A stretch of 64,000 bases of DNA from Callorhinchus milii. Its lineage: Eukaryota. Shown piece by piece: positions 1 to 13,132 of the stretch (the stretch's first letter is position 1; each line of letters begins with the position of its first letter). The DNA is taken from contig NW_024704743.1 of assembly GCF_018977255.1 (NCBI RefSeq), positions 94,242,001 through 94,306,000 on the forward strand, written 5' to 3'. Under the pieces are notes generated by a model. It was given only the letters and a program-made list of their open reading frames with translations, was not told where the DNA came from and made no database searches. Position numbers and translations under genes: made by a program.

Positions 1-416
1 AAAGGGAAGGAGACAGTCAGCCCAGGTCATTTATGGGTACTTCAAAGTGGCAGGTTTCACAGAAGGATTTCCAAGTGCTGCTCATCAGTTTATTATTGTT
101 ATTATTATTATTATTATTATTATCAGCTGCCCATCAGTCAAAGGTACTTACGGTACAAGAAAACTCGATAAAAGGGAGCAAGAGAAAATACATACATACA
201 ATGTTGCTCCATTAACTAATTTCAGGTGACACAGGCTGGCGGTTTGCAGAGGGGAAATAATGTATTTTTCATTTCTCCAGAGTTGGCCACACCTGCTATG
301 CTGACAGTTTTGACTTTATAATACATTTTTTACTAATTATTCATTCACATCCAAAGGAATATTACAGTCTTAGATGCACGCTATTCATATTTGTCCAATG
401 CACTATATTACATTAC

Positions 417-572
417 CTCAATTTGTGAAGAGTCTTGAAAACCTTCCCCACACCGGTCCCATGATTTTCCAATTGAAGGCATAGACTTCTTAACAAGGCT
501 CCTTGGTCTTGTGCAAGTAATCTCCACATCGTGTGGAAAATTACTGCCCTGAACCATTTCAGATCTTTTGCG
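417..572 (-). CDS. SPIDR: SPIDR (DNA repair-scaffolding protein) coding exon 2
   Basis: Acceptor ttttcag|CGC, donor GAG|gtaatg; 156 nt, phase 0-0. Encodes RKRSEMVQGSNFPHDVEITCTRPRSLVKKSMPSIGKSWDRCGEGFQDSSQIE, matching the recalled SPIDR N-terminus (KRKRS..SFP..W.RCGEGFQ). Gene continues beyond the left edge. Confidence 0.85.
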
Positions 573-790
573 CTGAAAAGCACACAAATAATTCAAGTTG
601 AGAAATAATAGTCTTTGTTTGTATCATTTCCACAGAGAAAAAAATTATATAAATAGAGAGTGTGCAGTGACTGGACCTGGATACCCTTCCCTGAATAGCA
701 CAATCTGGTGTGAAGGCAGCTATATAAATACAAAATAATCATGTATAAATAGAAGGGTGTAGTGACTGGAAATGGATACTCCTCACTGTA

Positions 791-1152
791 TAATAATAAT
801 CCTTGCATTTGATATAACGCCTTCTCATGTCGTTGAGTCGTCTCAAAGCACTTCAACAAATGTACTGTAAAGTTAATTGACTGTATATTTTGTGGGCGAA
901 ATGCAGCAACCAATTGTGCACAGCAGTGTCCCACAAACAGTCGTGGATTGAAAGACCAATTTAGCTTTATTTATAATTTTTCTTGAAGAGATTATTACCC
1001 CCAGAAAAGCGATGCACCAATCAACTAACAACTGGGTGCTTACTTGCTGCTACATAAACAGAGGCAAGTGGAGTAAGGAAACTTGCCTAAGGTTTCTCCT
1101 GCCCAGGAATCAAACTCAGGTCCTCTCTTGCGACACTAAGCTATAGGATTCC
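791..1152 (-). mobile_element. tRNA-derived SINE, subfamily B
   Basis: Same head and tail as subfamily A, with a longer internal segment (tgtttacctagcagtaag...gttagttgattgg). Confidence 0.8.
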
Positions 1153-2371
1153 ACTATAAACAGAGAACATGCAGTAGACTGGGCATGGCTCTCCCTCGCT
1201 ATAAACAGAGAACATGCAGTGACTGGGCATGGCTCTCCCTCACTATAAACAGAGAACATGCAGTGACTGGGCATGGCTCTCCCTCACTATAAACAGAGTG
1301 GGCAGTTAAGCGGGGAAATCCTCACTGTGTGGACAGGCTGGACAGTGAGACTGGGCAGGGAGACCCTCACTGTATAAACAGTGTGTACAGGCTGAGCAGA
1401 GAGACCCTCACTGTATAGACAGAGAGACCCTCCCGTATAGACTGGGCAGGGAGACCCTCACTGTATAGACTGGGCAGAGAGACCCTCACTGTATAGACTG
1501 GGCAGGGAGACCCTCACTGTATAGACTGGGCAGGGAGACCCTCACTGTATAGACAGAGACCCTCCCGTATAGGCTGGGCAGGGAGACCCTCACTGTATAG
1601 ACTGGGCAGGGAGACCCTCACTGTATAGACTGGGCAGAGAGACCCTCACTGTATAGACTGGGCAGAGAGACCCTCACTGTATAGACTGGGCAGGGAGACC
1701 CTCACTGTATAGACTGGGCAGGGAGACCCTCACTGTATAGACAGAGAGACCCTCCCGTATAGGCTGGGCAGGGAGACCCTCACTGTATAGACTGGGCAGG
1801 GAGACCCTCACTGTATAGACTGGGCAGAGAGACCCTCACTGTATAGACTGGGCAGGGAGACCCTCACTGTATAGACAGAGAGACCCTCACTGTATAGACA
1901 GAGAGACCCTCACTGTATAGACAGAGACCCTCACTGTATAGACTGGGCAGAGAGACCCTCACTGTATAGACAGAGAGACCCTCACTGTATAGACAGAGAG
2001 ACCCCCACTGTATAGACAGAGAGACCCTCACTGTATAGACAGAGAGACCCTCACTGTATAGACAGAGAGACCCTCACTGTATAGACTGGGCAGAGAGACC
2101 CTCACTGTATAGACTGGGCAGAGAGACCCTCACTGTATAGACTGGGCAGAGAGACCCTCACTGTATAGACTGGGCAAAGAGACCCTCATTGTATAGAGAC
2201 CCTCTCATTATACACGGGGAGACTCCGCTGTGTACACGGGGAGACCTCCGCTGTGTACACGGGGAGACTCCGCTGTGTACACGGGGAGACCTCCGCTGTG
2301 TACACGGGGAGACCTCCGCTGTGTACACGGGGAGACTCCGCTGTGTACACGGGGAGACTCCGCTGTGTACA
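1153..2371. repeat. Compound minisatellite in SPIDR intron 1
   Basis: About 3 copies of a 44-bp unit, then mixed 28-bp (ctgtatagactgggcagggagaccctca) and 23-bp (ctgtatagacagagagaccctca) units, then 22/23-bp units (ctgtgtacacggggagac[c]tccg). Confidence 0.95.
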
Positions 2372-2399
2372 GAAGCTGACAATGTTAACACGAAGCTGA

Positions 2400-2720
2400 T
2401 CCTCGGGGTTGGCGGTTCAGGCGGGGAGAGGCCCTCACACAGTCCCTCTCCGCGGGCGGGCGGGCGGGCGGGCGGGCGGGCCGGGGGCCGGGGGCCCGGG
2501 CGGCGCTGTACCTTTCTGGCCGCGGCCATGTCTCAGGCTGACGGGGCCGCGGCTCCGCGCTCAGGCCTCGGGCTGCCGGGACACGTGTTACCATAGCACC
2601 CGGAAAGGGCACGTGACCAGCCGTCCGCGAGAGCGAGGCTCCGGGGCGGGTTGGGCGGGTTCACGCCCAATTGGGCGGGTTTGCGTGTAAAAAAAAGCTG
2701 CTTTGGGCGGGTGCCTAATT
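2400..2720 (-). promoter_or_regulatory. CpG-island promoter of SPIDR
   Basis: GC/CpG-rich block in AT-rich background. (GGGC)n GC boxes, CACGTG at 2582 and 2610, X-box-like GTTACCATAGCACC 2587-2600, palindrome cgcccaattgggcg containing CCAAT. Confidence 0.8.
2512..2529 (-). CDS. SPIDR: SPIDR coding exon 1 (MAAARK)
   Basis: ATG GCC GCG GCC AGA AAG|gtacag inside a CpG island. Phase 0 joins exon 2 to give MAAARK-RKRS. Confidence 0.75.
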
Positions 2721-2817
2721 TACAGAATTTTTTTTTAATTGAAACTTGGTTTCGGTGCCCAATGTCAGGACTTGGAATACATGATCTAATGAAGGCTGAA
2801 CTCATCATCATTATTAT

Positions 2818-3028
2818 GGAGTCCTGTGGCTCAGTGGTTAGAGCACTCGCTTTGCAAGTGAGAGACCTGAGTTCAGTTCCAGGCAGAGGGCGAAACCTTG
2901 GGCAAGTTTCCTTACTCCACACAGAGCCTAATAATAATCCCTCCAAAACCAAAAACAATAATAAATTGGTCATTTTCAATCTATGACTGTTTGTGGGACA
3001 TTGCTGTGCGCAATTGGCTGCCGCGTTT
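2818..3028 (+). mobile_element. SINE subfamily A, 3'-truncated
   Basis: Same head and body as 49460. Runs directly into an L2-like fragment (about 3029-3225). Confidence 0.85.
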
Positions 3029-5869
3029 GAGGGAGAGTTTCAGGGAGTAGTGGCTAAAAGCCATGGCCACCGATGGTGGTACGAGGGATACGTTGGGAGT
3101 ATGAAAGGATTTGAAAACGAGTTGAGAATCTTGAAATCAATCTGTTCGGCGATATGGTGTGAACTGGTGTGATGGGGGTACGGAGTTTACAACGAGTGAG
3201 TATGCGGTCAGCAGAGTTTGGAATCAGTACAGTAAAATCCTGTGAAATGCTTTAACGTGTTGACACCGTTTAAGGCACAATATCAAATGAAAGGTTTATT
3301 TATAAGCCATTTATAGTTGTGTATTGTTAAAACTGTTTCACTTGAACAAAAATCCTCAGGTTCAATTTACTGCACTGATTAATTTTCATGTTAGAATATG
3401 ATTCCTAACAGTTGATAATGAAAGTCAAGAGTGTTAATATAATTAATCAGTCCATAAGGAACAGTAGAGTGTTCCTCATGGATCAATGAAAGCTAGTACA
3501 TTTGATTATAAAATACATCATTAAAGCAGGAATACAACTTCTGTAAATTCAGAATACTTAAAATCTCCCTGATGTTCCGCATTAATCCAAGGCAAATGTT
3601 ACTGGTATCAACAAAGTTTCAAAAACCTTAGTAGGGCATCATCAATTAGACATATCACAACTTTTTGGTCACCCCATATATATTAATATACTCAAAGGCA
3701 TAGTAATGTGCACACCTAATTTGTACTACTGTTGGTCTACAGTATATCTACTGAATCAGGTGTGCAACACAGTTATTGTCCCAGTATTGGAATTGCAGGA
3801 GACTTGTACCAATGTACACAATTAGTGTATGGCCTAATTGTTGTATACGGGCTTGTTGTACAACCCATATACTAAAACCAACGTTGAGAGTCAGTATTTG
3901 AAGTGCAAGATTTTGTACAGTCACAAACTCACATGTTGGCACAGCTAGAGAAAGTATTTAGGGGGTGACTCTCATATGGTGGACATAAGTTACAGAACGC
4001 CTCGTGCCACCCAGCAAATAGAACTACATGGCTCATTAACGAACCTCTGAGCCAAGGGAAACAAAATATTGGTTTGACTTCATTTAAGACCCTGAATGAC
4101 TTGCAGCAAGAAGAGACAAATGATGGTGAAACCAATTGGATGCAAAACATGCTATTTTTCTGTCAGTCAACCAACAAATGTTAAATCTGCCATGGTAAGA
4201 GAATTAAGCAACATAGAGAGAAGACACAAAATGGGATTAATAGATCTGTGGAACAGATCTGATGGGCTGTACCTTTTGCAAATGTGTAACTGCTCATTTT
4301 ACATTTCAAAATATGTAAGAATTGTTTTTTAAAAATAAAATGCACTGATTGTCTTTCAGCAGTAATAAAACTGGTAGGAGTTTGACTGATATAGCATTGA
4401 TTTAAAATATTGGAAAATGGCAGACTAGCTGTAGTTAATGTAATCCATCTTCTAGTAATTTGCTGAGTTAGTACTTTATTTTGCTAGCTGTATGCACTTA
4501 CTACTTTGCTAAGTGCACATCTGAAAACTAGCATGGCAGTAATGGCACTAAAAGGATACCTACTTCCTGAAGCACAATTTACCATTCAGCCATAATTAAA
4601 GAGCAAAACTGCCAACAGTATGGTTTATCTACTCGTGAGAGAAACTTATTGAGCCAGCGATGGGGGTAGGGAAAGAAACTCTCTCCACCAGCTTCTCAAT
4701 CAAAAACAAAAAAATACATTTGTATAGGACCTTTCACATTGCGAGGGTCTCCCAAAGTGCTCAACAGTCAAAGATTTGCATCTCAGCTGGGGATTGGGAT
4801 CAGGAGGGTTGGAGAGCAGGGAAGGTTGGGGTAGGAGGGTGTCTGAAGATGTAGTCAAAGAGGAAGGTGTTGAGACAGGCTTTTAAGGAGGCAAGAGAGG
4901 GGGGCCGAGGCGATGCACTGGGAGTTCCAAAGGGTTGGGAGCAGAAAGGCTGAAGGTGGGGCACCAATAGTGCGGCAGGCAGGTCAGGGGACATTGAGCA
5001 GGCCAGAGCCTGCTGAGCGGAGGGAGTGAACAGGTTAATACCGAATTGGTGATAACAAAAAATGTCCAAGTGACCAGGGCAGCTCATCCAAAAATCAAAC
5101 TGAAAATCTTTTGTAAAGTTACACAAAAAAAATATTCTGAACAAATGGGAAACTTTCAGTCAAAACCCAAGCTTGGAATAGTTCAGTGCTTATTCGGTGC
5201 ATCCAACCTTTTCAAGAAGCTTGTTTACAGTGGATTGAATACCAGAAGCTAGTAAATATCCAGAGTGTTACCCTTGACAAAAAAATTTAAGTCAATCTTT
5301 TATTAAAAAATAGAACTGTAAGAGAGGTTGACAGTTCCATTATGCAAAATTAAGACATATGGCCCTGTAATGTCTGTGTAGACAAGGAGCTTTATTGTTA
5401 GTGCTGAACTTAATAGCAATGAAGTGATAGAATATGCTCCATTTAGCCACAATGTGCAGCTTAAGAATTTCAGATCCTCGCTCATTACAATTGTCTAAAT
5501 TCATCCTCTTTGCCCACCAACACAAATACAAGAAAAGTAACATCAAACTGCAATAGTACAAAACCTAAGCTGTTGTTTATAGCAGCATTGGACTTGAAGT
5601 AGAACTAATTTTGTCTAACTGGTTTGCCTTCTTGACTATCTCTAGTAATTCAAGAGAATTGGGGAGAAGGTCCTTGATTTCATTAAACATATTGATCACT
5701 TTCGTTGAATATTCATATTACATTTTTTAAAATTTATTCCTATTACAGCATCAAGCAGTCCTGCAGTTTGTTAAATAAATCAAACTGAGCATTCCATGCA
5801 TCCCATTTACACATAGAAATTCCAGAGATAATTTGTTGGAATAGAATACACCCTCTCTCCCTTGGAGGG

Positions 5870-6360
5870 ACTTGACCTGGTTACCGAATCCCAGAAAGTA
5901 TTTGGTGCAGGAGCCAAGGTTTTGGGAACCCAGAGTGTGCATTGGGGTACTGCTGGAGTCTAAGCAGCTAAATCCGCATAGCTTGCTGTTGATATCATTG
6001 TCTGGCAAGCTTTCCCGCTGTTTGTCCAGTTAGGAGCACCCTAGCCTTTAGGGTTTTGGCTTTCAGGGTTAACAGGAGCTGAGTGGGACGGTTCCCTGAC
6101 CCCAGTGAATGGTCTGCCCTTCCAGGTCCTGCAGATAACCCAGGCTGACTGCGCGGTCATCAGCAGTGCCCTGGAATATTGCGGACTCGTGGGGCTCAGA
6201 AGCGGGACTACCATGATCACCAGAGGGCTGGCTCGATTCTGACATTCCGTTGGCAAACAGGTCACCTAGGAGACAGTTCAGCTCGAAGGAGACCCTACGG
6301 ACATCCCTCCCAGGAGCATAGTCACGTGTATCTTTATGAGGTTCCAAGAAGCGAGGCAAC
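5870..6360. repeat. Unclassified interspersed repeat, copy 1
   Basis: Co-linear with 50620-51010 (tgtctggcaagctttccc, ctgcccttcca, cagtgccctggaata, gattctgacatt). Confidence 0.75.
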
Positions 6361-7369
6361 AATAATAGACTGGAATTAAAAACATGAGAAGCTTTTAAAA
6401 TGTGTGAACCTACGGATAAACATTCACATCAATCAGAGCAGTAAGAAAAGAAATTAGGGTCTCATCTACATTTTGAGGTGGACATTAAGATCCTATCATA
6501 TTACTCAAAAAGAAAAGGGAGTTTCTCCTGGTGTACTCGGGTAACAACTCCCTAAAATAAAACTGGTCATTCACTTCATAGCTGTTTGTTGGACATTGCT
6601 GTACGCAAATGGACTGCCACATTCACCTACAAATACACATTCAGTACATTTCACAGTAAAATCCTGGGAAGCACATTGAAACGTCCTTCTGACGTGACAG
6701 ACGCTATATCAAATTGCAAGGATTATCATTATAGAATACTTTCTAGCCCCATGTCTACAGGCTGTAGAAACCCAGTTGTGCCGCTCTGGTACCTGTGTAG
6801 TTTTGTTTGGCCTGGACATATTTGGATTACTGTGGAGATTGGCACATTCCAGCAAGCTTGCAGTTACAAAGCACCAAAAATAAATAATGCTGGTTCTGAT
6901 TATTTTAAATAGCTTTGTGTATGAGACCCTTTGCACAATCTGTTCATTCAAAGTGAAATTTCAGTTTTCTGTTAAATAAGAAAAAACATGACATTTGCAT
7001 GCAGACTGAAAGAACCAAATGGAGTCATGTCAGGCTATTTGTCTATAGCTTTTATCACATGCAGCAGTGGAGTGGTATCCTGACAGGGCTCAGGTATGTC
7101 ATGTAAAATGGGGGCGTCAATTTATAAAGCATAAAACAAGGAATTTGGCACTGGCAACTTTACCAAGAGGACGAAATATAAACTAACACAAAATGTAATC
7201 ATATTTAGAGTGGGATGGAAGTATTAACCTTAATTAACTAAAATTAATTCTCCTATATATAGGCCTTCACCATGAGTTTCATTAACGTCAATATGCCTAT
7301 TGGAAATTTCAGTTAGAAGATTCATTTACCCTTTTTCACTGATAGCCTTCTGAGGATGAAAGTTGCATT

Positions 7370-7715
7370 TAATACACGTGGACAACGTCCCACAAACAAC
7401 CATGGAGTGAGTGGCCAATTTATTTGAGGGGGGGGGTGGGGGGGGATTTGTTGGACAGGGCACCAGGAAAAACTCCTTTCTTTTTTTGAATAGTGTCACA
7501 AGATCTTTAACATCTACCTGAATAGGTAGAACGGGACCTTGGTTTAATATCTCATCTGAAGGACAACAACCTCCGACAATGTAACACCCCTCCCAGCATT
7601 TCATGGGATTGTCATTCTGAGTCTGTGTGATTCCATGTTCCAACATGAGGTTTGAACCCACAACCTTCTGACTCAGAGCCTTGCGGGCTTCCACTGAGTC
7701 AAGCTGACACAGCAA
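7370..7715 (-). mobile_element. Old Deu-domain SINE (SacSINE1/AmnSINE1-like)
   Basis: Deu core tcagatgagatattaaaccaagg...tcaggtagatgttaaagatc behind a tRNA-like head. Family assignment is from memory. Confidence 0.7.
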
Positions 7716-8649
7716 TTTTGTACAAAGTAGTGAGAGATTGTCTCATTACAAAATTACAGAGTTTGTCTCATCCTCAAACAGGCAGGTCAGCCATTAACAA
7801 TGCCTCAGAGTACTACAAACATGTCCTACTTTGCCAGACTCAACTCCTCAGAACACATTTAGCTCCAGGAAGTCTCATTTAATTTGCTCTCTTTCTGAAG
7901 AATATTTCTTTGGACATATTTATTTTTTTGAAACTCAGTGGTTCCACTCAGCCTTTCAGAGATTCAAACCTAGAATTATCCAGTCCCATGTCCAGTCCTC
8001 AATTGACTTGTCACCCGAGGTGTTTCAATACATAGATAATTCTTGTATTATAATCAAATTTATTTAGTTACTTTCAAAAATATAAGGTATATATAAGCAT
8101 AATACAAAGAATCTTCAGCAGATGGATTAAAGAATAGAAGATGGATTTCATTGCAGAGAAAAGCAAGCTAATATGTTTTGGAACAAGAAGCAGATAACAT
8201 AATGAAAGAATATCGATTTAGAGAAGGAAAATGAACAGTGTAATTATTGATTATTCACTGAACATTTCCAGTTAGTGAAAAGCAGTTAGAGAAGGATAAT
8301 GAAATTTGATGTTACAACTCAAGGGCATTTGACTATAAGTTCAAAAGGTATTCTAACCTTAAGTGAATCATTGGTATTCTAATCTTATGTGACCACATGA
8401 AGCATATGATGTGGAATGTTTTGTTCCCTATTTTCAAAAGAACAACAAGTCAATGCTGAGCGTTCAAGAAGAGTAACAAGAATAATCCCAGGACCTTGGC
8501 TCCAAGTTAGACAGGTTTGAAGAGTTTATCTAATTTCTAACAGCCCCAGAGCACTTAAAACTGCATTGGTTTCTTAACAAAGTGCTCATGCAGAATGGAT
8601 TCTCTGCAAAAAGACTGTGTTGATTCTTCAAACAAAAATGGATAAATAT

Positions 8650-8910
8650 AATAATAATCCTTGCATTTGATATATCGCTTTTCACGTCTTCTCGACGTTT
8701 CAAAGCGCGTCACAGAATATACTGTAAAGTGAATTGACTGCATATTTGTGGACAAAACGCGGCAGTCAATTGCACACAGAAATGTCCCACAAACAGTCGT
8801 GGATGGAAAATGACCAATTTATTATTGTTTTGTTTTGGAGGGATTATTATTAGGCGTGTGGAGTAAGGAAACTTGCCCAAGGTTTCGCCCTGCCTGGAAT
8901 TGAACCCAGG
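8650..8910 (-). mobile_element. tRNA-derived SINE, partial
   Basis: Shared body and taataatccttgcatttgatat tail. Confidence 0.8.
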
Positions 8911-9729
8911 TAAATATCCAGTTGGAAACAGGATTGGAGGTTTATAGGAAAGATATTAGCAGTGTAAACACTTTGAAATATGCTTCTGTTCTACTGGGGG
9001 AAAGGCAAAGTTTTTTTAAAAAATCTGCATGAGGTGGGTGGAAAGAACAGGACAGAATTATCTAGCATTTTGTTGGGGGTTGGGGTGGGGATGAATATTC
9101 TGGAGTTTATTTGCTAACCTTTGGGGAGCAGGAAGTATTTATACAGCTCCCCAAAACCCCACCCTTTGGAGATTGGAGAGTTGGGGTTGGGGAGAGGTTG
9201 AATTTCATGACAGGGTAGATGTTACTTTTCCTTTGAGATGATTGCTCTTACTATGAAAGAGCAAGAACTTCAGCAGCCAGATGCTGTTGCACTGGCAAAA
9301 TAAACTAACTTTGGGACAGTGTGTACAGGATTTACTCTGCATAACATCATGCTAAAGCTGACCTGGGAACCCTGTATTACCAGGAGGTGCTGAAAGTCAA
9401 CAACAACAACAACAACAAGATTCCATTTATAAAGCGCCTTTCACATCAGGAGGACGTCCCAAGGCACTGCACAGTTGGGTCATGACCCGAGCATTGGGGG
9501 GGAAATGGTCAGGGTGAGGGAAGGGAAGGGAGGGAGCGAGGAGGGAGGAAATGGTCAGGGTGAGGGGAGGGAAGGGAGGGAGCGAGGAGGGGGAAGAGAG
9601 TCGAGAGGGGAGCTGAAGGCTCGGTCAAAGAGAAAACTTACATTTATATAGTGGCCTTCATGCAGGGTAGCGATCCGGAGCATTTAACTGCCCTCAACAT
9701 TTTTGTCACTTCCAGGCACCCTCAGATAA

Positions 9730-10100
9730 GTGTGAGCTTTGTTAAATTGGCAATGTTGTCTCTTGAGTCAGAAAGTTGTGAGTTCAAGCACACATCGGGA
9801 CTACGAACTCATAGTCTTGTCTGACTCTGCATTTCTGTGCTGAGTGTCATCCTTGAGATGAGATGTTAAACCAAGGACCCATCCACCTTTTCAGGTAGGC
9901 ATTAAAGATGCTGTGCACTATTAGAAAAAGAGAAGGGAGTTTCTTTCAATGTCTTGGCTAACAATCCTCAGTTAAAATTTGTTGCTACATTTTCCGACAA
10001 AATAAACAGTCTTTACAACTTTACATTAAACCCTGTGAAACACTTTAAGAGGTTTGTTTTTATGTGAAAGGGGCTGCACTAAATGCAAGAATCACTATTA
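9730..10100 (+). mobile_element. Old Deu-domain SINE
   Basis: gagatgagatgttaaaccaagg...tcaggtaggcattaaagat core. Confidence 0.65.
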
Positions 10101-10834
10101 TTAGTGTCAGTTTGTTGTGTACTGTTTTCTTACAGAGATAATTGAAGCACTCTTCTTTCTGATACAGGTCATATCATTTCCCAACTTAATAACTAGGCCA
10201 TGGAGACGAAGACCATGGGATCCAGAATTAGAGATTTCCTCAAAACCCAGTTCACTTAGTGCTGCTCTATAATTCATGTCAAATAAGCACAACACAGCTC
10301 TGGAGAACTCAAAGGAAAAATGACATGCGATTTATGTAAGCACCAATCAGCCGGAAGCTGTACTGAATGTTGCTCCTTAGCCACAATACTGCATTGTATG
10401 TGCACGAACCTCACTCCTCCCCCCATTAATTACATTCACTTTCCCACTAGTATTGATAAACACTCAAACTGAGTTGTGTCAGGAGCTTCATAGTCAGCAG
10501 AAATTAAAAATATGTGATATAATGCTTGTATGAAAATTATACAATTCCCAGATTAAGTACAGATAGTGCTGCACTAGTGCAACAAAAATGACCTTTTATT
10601 CTTGCAGAATGTTTCAAGTTAGCGCTCATATAATCAAGCAAACATTGTGCTGCTTTATCGGTGCTTTGGCAAAATAAATTTTCCTTCACATCAGCAAGTT
10701 CAGTGCTCCATCCATTCTTATCAGATCAATTTAAGAAAAAGTATTCATTGGAACTCATAAGTAGAAACAGAAATTTTCAGTACCAACACGTTTATGAGAG
10801 TATGTTAAATTGTTTGATACCATTCAGTGTAATT

Positions 10835-11225
10835 TGATATTGTGCCTTTCACGTAGGAGGAGATCTCAAAGCCCGGCACAGGATATGCTGTAAAGTGGAG
10901 TGACTATGTAATTTGTATGCAAAAGTGGCAGCTAATTCCCACATAGGAGTATCCCTCAAACAGCCATAGAGCAAATGAACAATTCTATCTTGCCAGTAAC
11001 TGGGAGAAACTCCCTTCTTTTTTTGAGTAGTGGCATGGGATCTTTAAAATCCACCTGAACAGGGAGACAGAACCTTTAAGAACTCATCCAAAGGACGGCA
11101 CCTCCAACAATGCAGCACACTCCCAGCACTACATGCAATGTCTTCAAGTTCCAAATCCCAACTTGGGGCTTGAACCCACAACCCTCTGTCTTGGATGTGA
11201 AAGTGCTCTCAAAAGAGCCAGACTG
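10835..11225 (-). mobile_element. Old Deu-domain SINE
   Basis: Reverse Deu core (atgggatctttaaaatccacctgaac...ctcatccaaaggac). Confidence 0.65.
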
Positions 11226-12037
11226 ATACCCAAAATGATTATTATTAAATAGTTGACGTAAACAGTCTTCATACAATTAACAGTTTCTCCCTGCGGTTGA
11301 ACTGACTGAGGAGACAACGGCATCTCAAAACATTGTTAATTAATTAATTAATTAATCCAAGGCATTGCTAATGGTTTAGTCTGTCTAATTGATAAATGAG
11401 ACTTGGAGATGAAGATGTAGACATTCTGTCAACCCTCCAGCCAAAGACAATTGAACAAGTTGATCCTACTTAGACAAGTACTGTGAAATGAATCCTGGTT
11501 TGTACTGGTTAAGAAAATTGGTTACCTTACTTTTGAGCAGCTTCAACATGACAAATTACCATATCAGAGGGGCTGGCCATAACTCAATTCACAATTTGTA
11601 CTTGTACTCCAGCTGTGTAGCGCCTGTATTCTGAAAAGACTTGTAATGTAATTCTGTTCCACATGAATTACTTCCAGCTATGTGTTCAAAGAAGGTGAAT
11701 GAGGCTGACACCACGTATTAAATCAGTGAGCAGTGAGGAGAAGCCAAGAAAGGTAAATCTGGTCTGAAAAAAAAGGACACAACCTAAATTTAAATTGTGA
11801 ACATGAGTTGGGTGGAGGTGGAAACTCTCATACTACACCAAAAGGATATTCTAAAATGTGATCTGGGTTAAAAAATATCAGATATTCACAAATTTATACA
11901 CCAATAATGACCAGGAAAATTCTCGACCAAGAAAAAGGTTTCCAAATCGACACAAAACCCTGGATACAAAATGCTTTGCCAACCTTATGAATTGGATATT
12001 GTTTGACGAAAAAACTATATATACTATATAGTGGAGT

Positions 12038-12366
12038 GGAGTCCTGTAGCTCAGTGGTTACAGCACTCGTCTCGCAAGCGAGAGAACCCAGGGTTCGATT
12101 CCTGGGAAGGGCAAAACCTTAGGCAAGTTTCTTTAAGCTACACACCTCTATTTACCTAGGAAGCCAGTTGTTAGTCGATTGGTGGATCACTTTATGAATA
12201 ATCTCTTCATAAAAACAAATAATTTGGTAACTCAATCCACAACTGAATGTAAAACACTGCTGTGCGCAATTGGCTGCTGCGTTTCGCCCATAAAATATAC
12301 AGTTAATTCACTTTACAGTATATTCTGTGAAAAGCTTTGAGATATCTCAAGGCACTATATCAAATA
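12038..12366 (+). mobile_element. tRNA-derived SINE, subfamily B
   Basis: Head ggagtcctgtagctcagtgg with ggttcgattcc B box; subfamily B internal segment. Confidence 0.8.
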
Positions 12367-12798
12367 CTACGGTTTTTCTGTGATGCACCTCTTGGAGATG
12401 GACCTTGATGAAATTTAGCTGGCATCACCAGTTACACTGCAGTTTTGCAGCTACAATGAAAATAGTGCTGCACGCATTGCCAAAGAATCCAAAAGTAAAG
12501 TGGATGGGAGCCCATCAAGTGCAACAAATGTTGGCTCAATTGAATCAATGTTTTAAGGAAAAAGGACATGCTCTCGATTCAACAGAGAATATAGGTGTTT
12601 TGTGTTAAGATGAGACTGGAACCAGATGAGGTCTTGCAAAACTGCTGTCACTTGTTCGGGATTTCATAACCAGGAGTCACAGTCAGTATAAGGTAGCAAT
12701 TATTAGATCTAAAACAGAACCATAAAAGAACTACTTCACGTAGAGGGTAATGCAAATTTGGAACTCACTGACCATAGCAGTGGTTGAATCAGATAATA

Positions 12799-13132
12799 TA
12801 ATAATAATCCTTAATAATCCTTGCATTGATATAGTGTCTTATCACGTCTTCGAGGCATCTCAAAGCGCTTCACAGTAAAAACTGTAAAGTGAATTGACAG
12901 TATATTTTGTGGGTGAAATGCAGCAGCCAATTGCACACAGCAGTGTCCCACAAAGAGTCGTGGATTGATTGACCAATTTTTTTTTAAAAAAGCGATCCAC
13001 CAGTCGACTAACAACAGAGTTCCTACTTACTGCAAGGTAAACAGGTGTGCGAAGTAAGGAAACTTGCCCAACGTTTTGCACTGCCGGAAATCGAACCCAG
13101 ATCTTTTGGTTGCCAGGCAAGTGCTCTAACAC
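12799..13132 (-). mobile_element. tRNA-derived SINE, subfamily B
   Basis: Reverse-orientation copy with (TAA)n tail. Confidence 0.8.

Noticed and set aside
1153..2371. CRISPR-like array, or the ORFs at 2158-2529 and 2189-2596
   Set aside because: Head-to-tail tandem units without unique spacers in a vertebrate intron. The ORFs are repeat translations, except the six-codon SPIDR exon 1.
2533..2986. Recurrent signal-peptide-like ORFs MKMTNLLLFLVLEG and MESCSSVVRAL
   Set aside because: Translations of the SINE on either strand, recurring at every copy.
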